The notes beneath the pieces were generated by a model, which saw only the letters and a program-made list of their open reading frames with translations, did no database searches and had not been told where the DNA came from. This document shows positions 47,648 through 60,200 of a DNA stretch of 64,000 nt, piece after piece; position 1 is the stretch's first letter, and every line of letters starts with the position of its first letter. The stretch is from positions 1 through 64,000 of the IMG/VR virus record IMGVR_UViG_3300020391_000290, one strand, 5' to 3'. A program made the translations under genes and the position numbers. The stretch comes from a virus.

Positions 47648-50600
47648 ATGGCTGCAAGTACAAGACAAGCAAATTTATTCGCTGCTGAAGATTGGAAAAA
47701 AGTTTACGAAACTTTTAGAGAAGCAGATTTTCAAAGTTACGATTATGAAACTATTCGTAAAAGTATGGTGGATTATATCCGCACATATTATCCAGAAGAT
47801 TTTAACGATTTCATAGAATCAAGTGAATATATAGCACTTATTGATATGATTGCATTTTTAGGACAATCATTAAGTTTTCGTGCAGATTTAAATGCAAGAG
47901 AAAATTTCTTAGAAACTGCACAACGTAGAGATAGTATACTTAGACTATCTCGTATGTTAAATTACTATCCAAAACGTCAACAAATTTCTAGGGGTTTAAT
48001 TAAAGTTACTAGTGTACAAACTACAGAAGAGGTTTCAGATAGTAATGGAAATAGTTTGCGTGATGTAGAAATTTCTTGGGGAGATCCGACAAATAGTGAC
48101 TTTTTAGAACAATTTACTACTGTAATTAATAGTGCTATTGTTAGTACACAAAAGTTTGGTAATCCTGGCTTAAAAACTTCAATAGGCGGCATAAACATTG
48201 AAGAATATCAGATTAGATTAAATGAAGGCACTATTCCTGTGTATGATTTTAAGACATCTATTGGAGCACAAAATTTAGATTTTGAATTAGTAAAAGGTAC
48301 GTATAGCGGACAAGATTATTTGTATGAAATGGCTCCGCAACCTTCTAGCACAACAAATATAATATATAGAAATGATAATAGAGGATTTAACAGTGCAAAC
48401 AATGGCTTCTTTTTTTACTTCAAACAAGGAAGCCTACAAAGTGCAGATTTTACAATTTCAGAAAAATTGCCTAACAGGACTGTTGAACTGGACGTAAACA
48501 ATATTGATAATAATGATGTTTGGTTATACAAGTTAGACGATCAAGGCAATGAAACTATAAGATGGGACAAAGTGCCTGCTATTAGTGGAAATAATGTAAT
48601 TTATAATAGTCTAAGTGAAAATAACAAAAATTTATTTACTGTGCGTAGTAGAGCGGATGATCAAATTAGTTTAGTATTTGGTGATGACGTATTTTCTAAT
48701 ATTCCTGTTGGAGATTTTCGTGTTTACTTTAGAACAGGAATAGGTACAACATATAAAATATCACCAGACGATATGCAAAATTTACAAATTGTTATTCCTT
48801 ACATAAGTCAAGTAAACCAAGTAGAAAATTTAACAGTAAATTTAAGTCTTACTACTACTATTGCAAATGCAAGTGGCAGAGAAAATTTATTAGACGTAAA
48901 GCAAAAAGCACAACAACAATACTATACACAAGATCGTATGATTACAGGTGAGGATTATCAAATCTTACCCTACACAAAATTTAGTAACATTATTAAATCT
49001 AAAGCTATAAACAGAACTGCAAGTGGTATAAGTCGGTACTTAGATGTACGTGATACTACAGGAAAATATAGTAGTACAAATATTGTTGCAGAAGATGGTA
49101 TTTTTTATCGTACAGAAGATATTCAACAATTTCAGTTTACTTTTGTTACAGATAGCGATATAAGCAATATTATATCTACACAAGTTGAAAAAAATATTTT
49201 AAAAAATGATAGTCTACATTATTATTTAAAAAACTATGGTGGTACAGATGTAACTAGTTTATTAGCAGAATGGAATCTTACAACAAGTTCAAGTGGAACA
49301 TGTACAGGATATTTTAAAAATGACGTAGCGGCTCCTTTAAAAATAGGTTCTTTTACAAGTAGTAACCTAAAATATGCAAAAGTTGGTGCCTTGCTTAAAT
49401 TTACTGCTCCTAGTGGTAAAGTTTTTGATGTCAATAATAATTTAATTACAGGCACTAGTGGCACTATAAACACCAAAGATTATATCTGGGCAAGTATTTC
49501 AGCAGTAGTCACCGATGGTACAAATCAAGGAGTTGGAAATTTAGAAAGTGGACTTGGTCCTGTGACGCTGACAGAAGTTATTCCTAGTGATGCGGTATTA
49601 AATCAAGTTATAGCAATATGGAATACAACTTTAAGTAGCACAGTAAGAAATGAAATCATACAATCTATAGGTGATTATAAAACATTCGGGTTACGTTATG
49701 ATTTAGATACACAGGAATGGGCAGTAATTTCTAATGCTAATTTGAATCAAGCAAACACATTTTCACTAGACGCGGCAGGAAATACTAGTAGCACTGGATT
49801 AGACAATAGTTGGTTTTTTAAATTTACTAACGACGGAAGTACATATACTGTTAACTATAGATCAACAGCTTATATTTTTGAAAGTAAATTAGAAACAAGA
49901 TTTTATTTTGATAAAAATTTAAGTATTTTTGATCCTCGTACAGGCAAAACAATTAAAGATAAAATTAATATTTTAAAAGTAAACTCTTTGCCAGATACAA
50001 TAGGCAGCCTAGCAGTTGATTACTCAATGCAAGTAGATGATGTAATTACAGAAACAGATGGTTATATTCTTACAAATAGAATAAAAGTAACATTTCCAGA
50101 TGTTGATAGTGATGGAGTAGTAGACAATCCTGACGTATTTGACATTATTGTGGCTCCTAGTGTAAGTTCTTCAACTAAAGTAGTATTTTATAAAACGGAT
50201 ACGAGTAGTGGAGGATACCTAACATACACACCTGTAGATACTACAGATATTGAACAAAGATACACCACCCAATCTGCTATCAATGAAGTATTAGCACAAT
50301 TTTCAAGTGGACAAATATTTTATGCAAGTGCCGAGGAAAAATTTTATCTACTTAGTGTAAGTGGTGCAAATGTGAAAAGTGTTGCAGTGACTACCAATTA
50401 TATAAAACAAATTGGACGTAATCAACTATTATTTCAATATACGCATAATAGTCCTAACAATAGAAGAATTGATCCTAGCCCAACAAATATTGTTGATTTA
50501 TTTTTACTAACTAGACAATACGATACGGATTATAGAAATTACATATCAGATATTACAGGCAATATAAGCAAGCCACAAGATCCTACCACAAATGAATTAC

Positions 50601-51262
50601 GTGATCAATTTGGTTCTTTAGAACAATATAAAAGTGTTAGTGATACAATTATTTTTAATGGAATAACTTACAGACCTTTGTTTGGTGATAAAGCAGATGA
50701 AGAATTACAAGCAACATTTAAAGTAGTAAAAAATGATAGTACACTTATAAGTGAAACTGAAATAAAAGAAAAAGTTATATCTTCAATTAATGATTACTTT
50801 ACAGTTGATAATTGGGATTTTGGAGATGTTTTTTATTTTAGCGAACTTGCGGCTTATTTGTACAATACACTTGCTCCTGATGTGTTAAGTATTATAATTG
50901 TGCCTAAGTTAGCAACAAGTAATTTTGGTAGTTTGTTTCAAATACAAAGCCAGAGAGATGAAATTTTAATTAGTTCAGCTACTGTAAATGATGTAGAAGT
51001 AATTGATGTAATTACTGCAAATAGTCTACAATCTAGTGGAAATGTAGTCAATACTACTACAGTAAATTTAGCAAGTGAAAGTGTAAGTGCTAATGGTGCA
51101 ACAACAAGTGTCGCAACAGGTACAACGTCAACGTCTAGCACTAGTAGCAGTTATAGTAGTGGATCTAGTAGTTCAAGCAGTAGTAGTTCAAGCAGTAGTA
51201 GCTCTAGTAGCGGCGGCGGCGGCGGAAGCGGCGGTGGCGGAAGCGGAGGATATGGTTACTAA
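47648..51262 (+). CDS. gp6: Baseplate wedge protein (gp6-like)
   Basis: DFQSYDYETIR, ENFLETAQRRDSI and QDRMITGEDY; TAAATA at 47617-47622. Confidence 0.88.
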   Translation: MAASTRQANLFAAEDWKKVYETFREADFQSYDYETIRKSMVDYIRTYYPEDFNDFIESSEYIALIDMIAFLGQSLSFRADLNARENFLETAQRRDSILRLSRMLNYYPKRQQISRGLIKVTSVQTTEEVSDSNGNSLRDVEISWGDPTNSDFLEQFTTVINSAIVSTQKFGNPGLKTSIGGINIEEYQIRLNEGTIPVYDFKTSIGAQNLDFELVKGTYSGQDYLYEMAPQPSSTTNIIYRNDNRGFNSANNGFFFYFKQGSLQSADFTISEKLPNRTVELDVNNIDNNDVWLYKLDDQGNETIRWDKVPAISGNNVIYNSLSENNKNLFTVRSRADDQISLVFGDDVFSNIPVGDFRVYFRTGIGTTYKISPDDMQNLQIVIPYISQVNQVENLTVNLSLTTTIANASGRENLLDVKQKAQQQYYTQDRMITGEDYQILPYTKFSNIIKSKAINRTASGISRYLDVRDTTGKYSSTNIVAEDGIFYRTEDIQQFQFTFVTDSDISNIISTQVEKNILKNDSLHYYLKNYGGTDVTSLLAEWNLTTSSSGTCTGYFKNDVAAPLKIGSFTSSNLKYAKVGALLKFTAPSGKVFDVNNNLITGTSGTINTKDYIWASISAVVTDGTNQGVGNLESGLGPVTLTEVIPSDAVLNQVIAIWNTTLSSTVRNEIIQSIGDYKTFGLRYDLDTQEWAVISNANLNQANTFSLDAAGNTSSTGLDNSWFFKFTNDGSTYTVNYRSTAYIFESKLETRFYFDKNLSIFDPRTGKTIKDKINILKVNSLPDTIGSLAVDYSMQVDDVITETDGYILTNRIKVTFPDVDSDGVVDNPDVFDIIVAPSVSSSTKVVFYKTDTSSGGYLTYTPVDTTDIEQRYTTQSAINEVLAQFSSGQIFYASAEEKFYLLSVSGANVKSVAVTTNYIKQIGRNQLLFQYTHNSPNNRRIDPSPTNIVDLFLLTRQYDTDYRNYISDITGNISKPQDPTTNELRDQFGSLEQYKSVSDTIIFNGITYRPLFGDKADEELQATFKVVKNDSTLISETEIKEKVISSINDYFTVDNWDFGDVFYFSELAAYLYNTLAPDVLSIIIVPKLATSNFGSLFQIQSQRDEILISSATVNDVEVIDVITANSLQSSGNVVNTTTVNLASESVSANGATTSVATGTTSTSSTSSSYSSGSSSSSSSSSSSSSSSSGGGGGSGGGGSGGYGY
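51118..51259 (+). repeat. Low-complexity Ser/Gly tail (AGT/GGC repeats) at the end of gp6
   Basis: STSSTSSSYSSGSSSS...GGGGGSGGGGSGGYGY. Confidence 0.85.
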
Positions 51263-54200
51263 TGGCTTTACGTAAAAGTTCCGCATTATTACCTAGTATT
51301 TTTCAAACTTCAAAGAATTCGAAGTTTTTAAATGCAACAATGGATCAATTAATTAGTGAACCAAATCTACAACGTTTTAGTAGTTTTATAGGAAGAAAAT
51401 TTGCTCCTAATTTTACAGTAGGTAATGGCTATATTACTGAAACTAGTGCAGAACGACAAAATTATCAATTAGAACCTGCAGTAGTTTATAGTAATACATC
51501 TAAGCAAATTGAATCTTTATCAAGTTATACAGATTTTGTCAGTGCTTTATCATATAATAATGTAGATACAACTAATCACAGTGATTTATTTACACAAGAA
51601 TTTTATAATTATAGTGGCTTTGTTGATTTTGACAAATTTGTAAATTATGGTGAATACTTTTGGCTTCCGGCAGGACCTGATAGTGTCCAAGTATTTAATA
51701 GTGTTGTTGATACAGAAAAAACTTACACAGTATATACAAGCGGGACTGAATTTAAGTTTGATAGCATAACTGCAGATCCTAATAGAGCAGTAATACTTGC
51801 AAGAGGTGGTACGTACAAATTCACTCTCAATGAAACAGGAAATCCTTTTTGGATTCAAACAGAAATAGGAACTTCAGGGATAAGTGCATATAGTACGTCC
51901 ATTAGTACAAGGGAAGTTTTAGGAGTTACTAATAACGGTGCTACAAATGGAACTGTAACATTTACAGTGCCTATGGTAGATGCACAAAATGAACAGATAA
52001 ATGCAATACAGGCAGCAAATCCTGATTTTGCTACAGATTTAACATATAGCCAAATACATAATCAGCCTTATAAAACTTTTATAGATACACATGGTGGCAT
52101 AGATAAACAAACTGTTATAAATGGAAAAAGTCTTGTATTTGTAAACACAACTACTGCGGCAAGTGCTTGGGACCAAGGATCCAACTTTGATGCATATGGA
52201 TTTGATGATAATGATAATCCGTTTGACCAAACTACAACATTAGATATGTCTATAAGATATGACGTTTACAATATATCTATAGATACTATTGGTGGAGTAG
52301 AAACAATTGTCTTATCTAGAAGTATAGATTGGCCTATAGGACAAAAAGTTAAAATTAAACAAGGTGATGGATATGGAAATAGAGAATTTTTTAAAGGAGG
52401 AGATGGACTTCCTTTATTAATTAAACCTTATACTGCAGGAATAGATACTTTATATTATCAAGACGGTGTAAATGCTACACAGTTTGGAACTATAAAACTT
52501 GTTGAGATAGATCAAGTTAGTCCTATAGATGTTGAAAACGATATTTTAGAAAAACTTGTATATACAAGTGATAATGGAGTAACATTTACAAATGGATTAA
52601 AAATAGAATTTAATAGTGATGTTACACCTACAACATACGCAGGAAGAGAATATTTTGTTGAAGGGGTAGGACAACCACAAGGTATAAGTTTAACTCCAGT
52701 AGATGAATTATTGACACCTGAAAGTTATACTGTAAGCACTAGTGATGGATTTGATAGTGTAGCTTATGATACAGGTGGATGGGATGGCACATTAAATGCA
52801 CCAACTAGTCAAGATTATATTCTTATAAACCGTAATAGTCCAGATAGAAATGCTTGGAGTAGAGGAAATCGTTGGTTTCATAGACAAGTTATAGAGGCTA
52901 CTGCTGGTTACAATAATTATACTGCAGAGATAGATGATAGTGCAAGGGCAAAAAGACCTATAATTGAATTTAATACTGGACTTGAGTTATTTAATATGGG
53001 AATAACTTCCAAAGCTCCGGTAACTGTAGTAGATACAACACAAACAGACGCTTTTAGTAATGTAAATGGTTCTACAGGTTATTTTGCAGATGGTATTGAT
53101 ATTAAACAAGATAATACAATAATTTTTACTGCAGATTCTGCTATTAATAAAAATGTCTATCGTGTTGATATGGTAAATCAAGATAGTGATCTTACAACAA
53201 ACGAAATAATTAGTTTAGTATTAATAGATACTATATCCGATAAAGATTGTGTATTAAGCACATTAGGTGCAACTAATCAAGGAAAACAGTATTGGTTAGA
53301 TGAAGACACATGGAAAACTGGTCAACAGAAAACAAAGTTAAATCAAGACCCATTATTCAATGTACAAGATCCAGAGCATGTGAGTTTTAGCGATACAACA
53401 AAATATCCTAGTAGTAATTTCATAGGTAGTAAATTGTTTTCTTATAAAAGAAACAATAATAATGCATTAGATACTATATTAGGATTTGGTTTAAGTTATC
53501 AAAATTTTAGTACTTTAGGCGATATAGTTTTTGAAAATAATTTTGACACAGACACATTTCAATATACAAAGAGTACAGGAAACACAAATGTAATTGTACG
53601 TAGTGGACACGTACATCAATGGAATCAAAAAGGTGTTAGGACATTAGATAATGGTTGGACAAAGGTTCTTGAAAATAGTAATCAATATCAAATTGTTATA
53701 CATGAAGTGGCAGAATCTGAATTATATAGCTATGAGATAGGTGCAAGTGTAGACACTACAAAAACAATTCAGCCTTTACAAGTATTTGTAAATAGTAAAT
53801 TTATTGCACCTAGTAAGTATACACATTTAATACAAAATGATAGAGAGTATGTAAGTTTTACAGATAAACTTTCAGTAGATGACGTAGTAACAATTAAATT
53901 CTATAGTAACACAAAAGCAACAAACAGTTATTATGAAATACCTAGTAATTTAGAAAATAATGCAAGTAACGCAACATTTGATACATTAACACTAGGACAA
54001 GTTAGAAACCATGTAACTACTTTTTCCCAATACATAAAAACATTATCAGGTTCTTCGCCGGGTGCTAGTAATTTAAGAGATACAAATTACAAAGCATATC
54101 CAGGTGACATTATGCAACATAGTGCCGGAATGATTACCCCCATGTACGCTTTTACAAATTCAGAGGCAAATTTGTTAAAAAGTATAACATTTGTAAAAGA

Positions 54201-57200
54201 TGAATACACTAAGTTTAAAAATTCATTTATAGATAACATTAACAAATTAGACCTTGATTTAACAGACCCAAGTAAGTGTGTAGATGATATAATAAAAACT
54301 ATAGCAGGAAAAAAAACGAGTGCTTTGCCTTTTTATTATAGTGATATGCTACCGTGGGGAACGCAAAAAAGCCAAGTTGAACATATTGTTGATGATACAA
54401 GCGAAGTAGAATTTGAATTTACAACACAGTTTGATCTTACAACTTTATCTGCTAGAAGCGTATTAGTTTACAAAAATACTGAACTACTAATAGAAGGAAA
54501 AGATTATACATTAGATTCTATTGAAGCAAAAGTAAAGTTGACAACAAATAGTGTTAACACAAGTAACATAGGTCTAGTAGTAAATGATATAATTAAGATT
54601 GTTGAATATACTGATACAAATGGATCATTTTGTCCACCAACTCCTAGTAAACTTGGATTATATTACAAGTATGAGCCCAAAAAATATATGGATAATACAT
54701 ATGCAAATTCTAAAACTGTAGTGCAAGGACATGACGGAAGTATATGGGTAGGATATGGCGATATACGTGATGACATTATATTAGAATTTGAAAAACGTGT
54801 TTACAATAATATTAAAACACAATATGATACTAATTTATTTGATTATGCAGAGATACTGCCTGGATATTTTAGGAATACACTTGAAGAGTTCAATGAGGCA
54901 AATAATATTACAAGAAGTTATTTTGGCGAGTGGGCATTAAAAAATAAAGTGTTAGTGCAGAAAAATACAATATCAACAGATGAAGACTTATTTTCTTGGA
55001 ATTACACCACAAGTGTAAATGTTTTAAACAATCAGCGTATTCCTGGATACTGGAGAGGTATCTATAGATGGTTTTTTGATACTGACACACCACATACTAC
55101 TCCTTGGGAGATGTTAGGACTTAGTGTAAAGCCTATATGGTGGAATAACCGTTATGGTGACGCACCTTACACCAGAGGTAATACAGTACTATGGGAAGAT
55201 TTGAGAGACGGAAAATTATATAGTGATGCTACAAGCAGTATATTCACTACTGTAGCAAACCGTAAACGTGCAAATCTAATGAGTATTATTCCTGTTGATG
55301 AGCAAGGATCTTTAAGAGCACCAGGTGAATTCCTTACGCAAGGTACTACAATTACTAACAATAAAAACTCTTGGGCATATAGTGATGGCAGTCCGGCAGA
55401 GACAGCATGGACTAGAAGTAGTGAATACCCTTTTGTGATTCAAATACTTGCGGCTAATATAAAACCTGCTAAGTATGGCTCATATATGTTTGATACTAAT
55501 TTATTAGAACGCAATGGACAATATGATCAAATTTTACAAAAATCAAAAAGTTATAGACCTACTATCCTTGATCTTAAAATGCATGGTACTATACTAAGTG
55601 ATGGAGAAATACAAAGAGCAGAAGGATATAATCAGTTTATAAGCGAGTATATTCGTAGTACAGGTTTCGGCATAAATGATACAATTGCAAAATTTAATAA
55701 TTTAGAACTTAATTTAAGTTATCCTGTGGCAGGATTTACAGACAAAAAATATCTTAAAGTGGTTGCAGAAAGTGTAACACCTAGTAGTCAAAGCGAAAAT
55801 ATTTTTATTCCAGATGAAGACATCAATATTTTTCTTAAAAAAAGTTTGCCTTTAGAAAGAATAGTATATAGTGGTGTACAAATTATTGTAAGAGATAACG
55901 GATACGAAATCCAAGGATATGATAGACAAAATCCTTTCTTTAAAATTATTCCAAGTGTATCAGCAAAAGATCCTTTACAACATACAGTAGGCGGAACAAC
56001 ATATTTTGAATATGAACAATATGAAAATATTATTGCAAATATTCCATATGGCACAATAATTGCAAATAGGCAACAAATTTTTGATTTCCTTGTAAGTTAT
56101 CAGCGTTATCTTTTAAGTAAAGGTTTTATATTTGATAGTATTACTAGTAGAGGTGATAAAAATGATTTTATTACAGGAGGTAAAGAATTTGCATTTTGGA
56201 CAGATCAAAATTGGGAAACAAATAGTGTAATTGTTTTAAGTCCTTGTAGTCAAACTTTAAAAATTAACAGAACACTAGCTACAGTAGATGATATAAGAAT
56301 TACAGGCAAGCCTAAAGATGCAAATGGAAGTATTATTAATCCTAAATTTTATGATGTAACTCGTATAGATAATTTTTTAGAAATACAAGTTGACAACGAA
56401 AATACACAATTGTATAGCTTACAATTAGATCCAATACAGTATGAACATGCATTAGTTTTTAGCAATAAAACAATTTTTAATGATATCATTTATCAGCCAG
56501 AACTTGGAAACAGACACTCAAGATTAAAATTAGTTGGATCAAGAAGTGGAGATTGGAACGGAACTTTACATGCTCCTGGATTCTTTTTAAATGAAAATAA
56601 AATTAACAACTGGCAGTCATATGTAGATTATAAAAAAGGTGATTTAGTAAATTTTCAAAATCAAACATATTCTGCAAAATATTCAATAGATGGTAGTAAT
56701 GTATTCCGATTTGATGATTGGAATACTATTAATAATATGCAAACAGGTCTTGTCAAGAATCTTACTAACAAAGCTAGTCAGTTTAAAGATTTTTTTGAAT
56801 TAGATAATCTTAATTTAGAAGATGGTGTTGATAAGTTAGGTAAAGGAATGATTGGCTTTAATCAGAAAGATTACCTACAAGGGTTAGGATTAGATGACGT
56901 CAGCCAAGTAAAATTTTATCAAGGTATGGTAAAACAAAAAGGTACTAGTAGTGCAATTAATAAACTGATTGACGCTGAACTTACAAATTTAGATCAAACC
57001 ATTAATTATTTTGAAGAATGGGCATTTAGAGTAGGTGAGTATGGAAGCATTGATAGTAATCAAATTGTGGAAACAATAATACCTGAAGAAAATGCAACTA
57101 ATAACCCTACTGTAATACATTTTCATGCAGATGGTGAATTACCTACTGATACTGATAATGATCATTATCACGTGCAAAGAAAAGATTTATATAGAGTTCC

Positions 57201-60200
57201 AAATAACTATAATGGTGATTTATTTGCTAGTAGAGATGTTAACACAGTAAAAACAAATGATTTAGATACTGCAGGTTATGCACGACTAGATGATGTAGAT
57301 TTTACTTTGTTTGATGCTAACGACTTGACTAGTTTAAGCTCTAACATACAAGCACTAGGTAAAGGCAAAAAGATTTGGATTGCAAAAGATACTACTAATA
57401 CATGGAGTATTAGGCGTGTAGATGAAACTTTAAGTACTGTAACAAAAATACAAAGTACAGGAAATGGTTACTTAATATATACTACAGATATAAATCACGG
57501 ACTTGTAAAAGATGATTACGTAGTAGTAAGAGCACAACAACCTATTGGAAAAGTTGCTAAGATTTTTGAAGTATCTAGCCCTAATTCGTTTACTTTAGCT
57601 GATACTACAACAGAAGCAGAAATAACAAATGTTAATATTCCTATGTACAAACTTAGTAATGTTCGTTATACACAAGCAAGTGATATTAGCAAATTTACTC
57701 CAGTCAGTGGATGGGATAATAAGGAACTTGTATACGTTGATAAAGATCTCAACGGCAAATGGAATGTTTTACAAAACACAAGACCATGGACAACCACAGG
57801 AATAAAAACTACTGCAAGTGTAACTGCAGATGACAAATTAGGCAGTAGTATAAAAATAAATGCAAATAGTACTCTTGCTATAGCTGGCGCACCTGATCAA
57901 GGTTCCGGAGCAATAGTACCTTATGTACGTAGTGAAGGAGGTGCACTATTAGAAAGTAACAGTGTTATAGTCAGCACAATTGGAGATAGTGTTGATAGTT
58001 TTGGTGCATCCGTAGCAGTAGGAGTCGACTATGTTGCAGTAGGTGCACCTGATACAGAAAGTTCTAAAGGTGCAGTGTTCACATATTACGTTGATGCTAC
58101 TGGAACTTTTAATAGAAGACCTTCGATACGTCCTAATGCTTTAGGTTCTTCAGCAAAGTTCGGTACTAGTATAGCAATGAGTGGCAATGGCAGGTATCTC
58201 TTCGTAGGATCACCTGGTGATAATAAAATTTATTCTTACACACTTGTTACAATACCGACCTCTAGTATAGTTAGTCACACTATTACTAGTAATGGAGGAA
58301 CAAATTATTCAATAAATTTTACGCCTATTAGTCAAGAATCGTTAAGTTTAGTTGACGAAAATGGAAAAGTATATCTTCCAAATAAAGACTTTACATGGAA
58401 CGGTTCACAGATCGTGTTTGCTTCTGGTCCAAGTGCTAGTTTACAGATAGTTGTTAGACAATTAGATTATTTTGCTTTTAGTAGTATGTTAGATCCTTTT
58501 GATAGTATGTCAGGCGATGATTATGGTTTTTCAATCGATTGTGATTATTATGGCAGGAATGTTATTATTGGTGCACCAAATGCAGACGTTCCTAATAGCG
58601 ACAGTACAGTAATATCAAATGCTGGTGAAATAAGTGTCCAATCACAAGTAGTCCAACAATTTGCTGGTGATGGTATTACTAAAGCATTTACCACAATAGA
58701 AACTCTACAAACTAAAATATTTGTAGAGGTAGACGGTGTACTACAAACCGAAACTGATAACACAGATGTACCTGTAGAAAACGATGGTAGTAGTATAGGA
58801 TTTTATACACGCTCTGGCAAAACTATTACATTTAAATATATACCTTCCAGTGGTGCAAGAATTGTAGTATATACTGGCACATACATAGAAAAACAAAAAA
58901 TATATCAAAACATGACTGGACAAAGTCCTACTCTAAATGAACAATTTGGATATAGTGTTGCTATAGACAGTAACGGGACAACAATTGCAGTTGGTAGTCC
59001 AGGTGAAGACGAAACAAATCCAAACACAGGTAGTGTGTTTATATTTCAGGATAGTGGTAAAAATTATGGTTTAGTGACAACTAATACTCCACATAACCAA
59101 ACTGCCGGTGATACATTTTATATTGATAACAGATTAATTACAGTAACTGATAGTGCAGATAATCCAACTAATCTTGCAAGTGATATTAATAACGCAAATA
59201 TTCCTGGAGTCACTGCAAGTGTCAATCTTACTGGTGCAATAGAAATATTATCTACAAATACTGAACCATTAAACAAGTTAACAATTAATCCTGGCGGTGG
59301 ATCAATGTTTTTGCGTGACAATGTTTTTGAAATATTTAAATTTACACAAAAAATAAATCATCCACATGCAAAGCAAAATGAAAATTTTGGTAGGGCAGTA
59401 GTATTTGACAAATACTTAGATATTGGGTCTGGAAATTATGGTACTAGGAATCTTGTTATTAGTAGTGATAAAGCAAGTACAATATTAGGTATTGGTTTTG
59501 ATATAGAAAGTAATTCTAACAAAGCAAATTATTTACAATCTACAACAACGTTTGATAATGGCGGCACTACATTTACAGATAAAAGATCACAAAGCGGAGC
59601 CGCTTATGTATATGAATTATTAAGTGCAAACAGTGCTAGTATAACTAACTCAGATAAAATGGTTTTTGCACAACAACTTACAAGCACTAACATAGGTTTA
59701 TTAGATCAGTTTGGATTTGCAGTGGCTTTTAGTGATAAAAGGATTTTAGTTGGTAGTCCACAAGATGATATAGTTAAAGGATCAACAACAATTACAAATA
59801 GCGGAAGTGTATATGAATTTAATAATAATTTAAGGACAAAGAGTTGGTCAATATTACGTAACGAAAGTGATAGAGTAGATGTAACTCAAATAAATCGTGT
59901 TGCTTTATATAATAAAAAATCTAATAACATTGATGTCTTTTTGGATTATATTGATCCAGCTAAAGGTAAAGTAGCAGGTGTTGCACAAAGTGAACTAGAT
60001 TATGTAAGTAGTCAAGATCCTGCATTATATGAAAAAAATCTTTGGAGCTACAAGTATAAAAATAGATTATGGTGGGATACTAGCACTGTTCATTTCTTAA
60101 ATGTTGAGCAAGGTGATTTAGATTATCGTAAAAATTATTGGGGTACTATGTTTCCGGGTAGTACAATTGATATTTGTGAATGGATAGAAAGTAATGTTCC

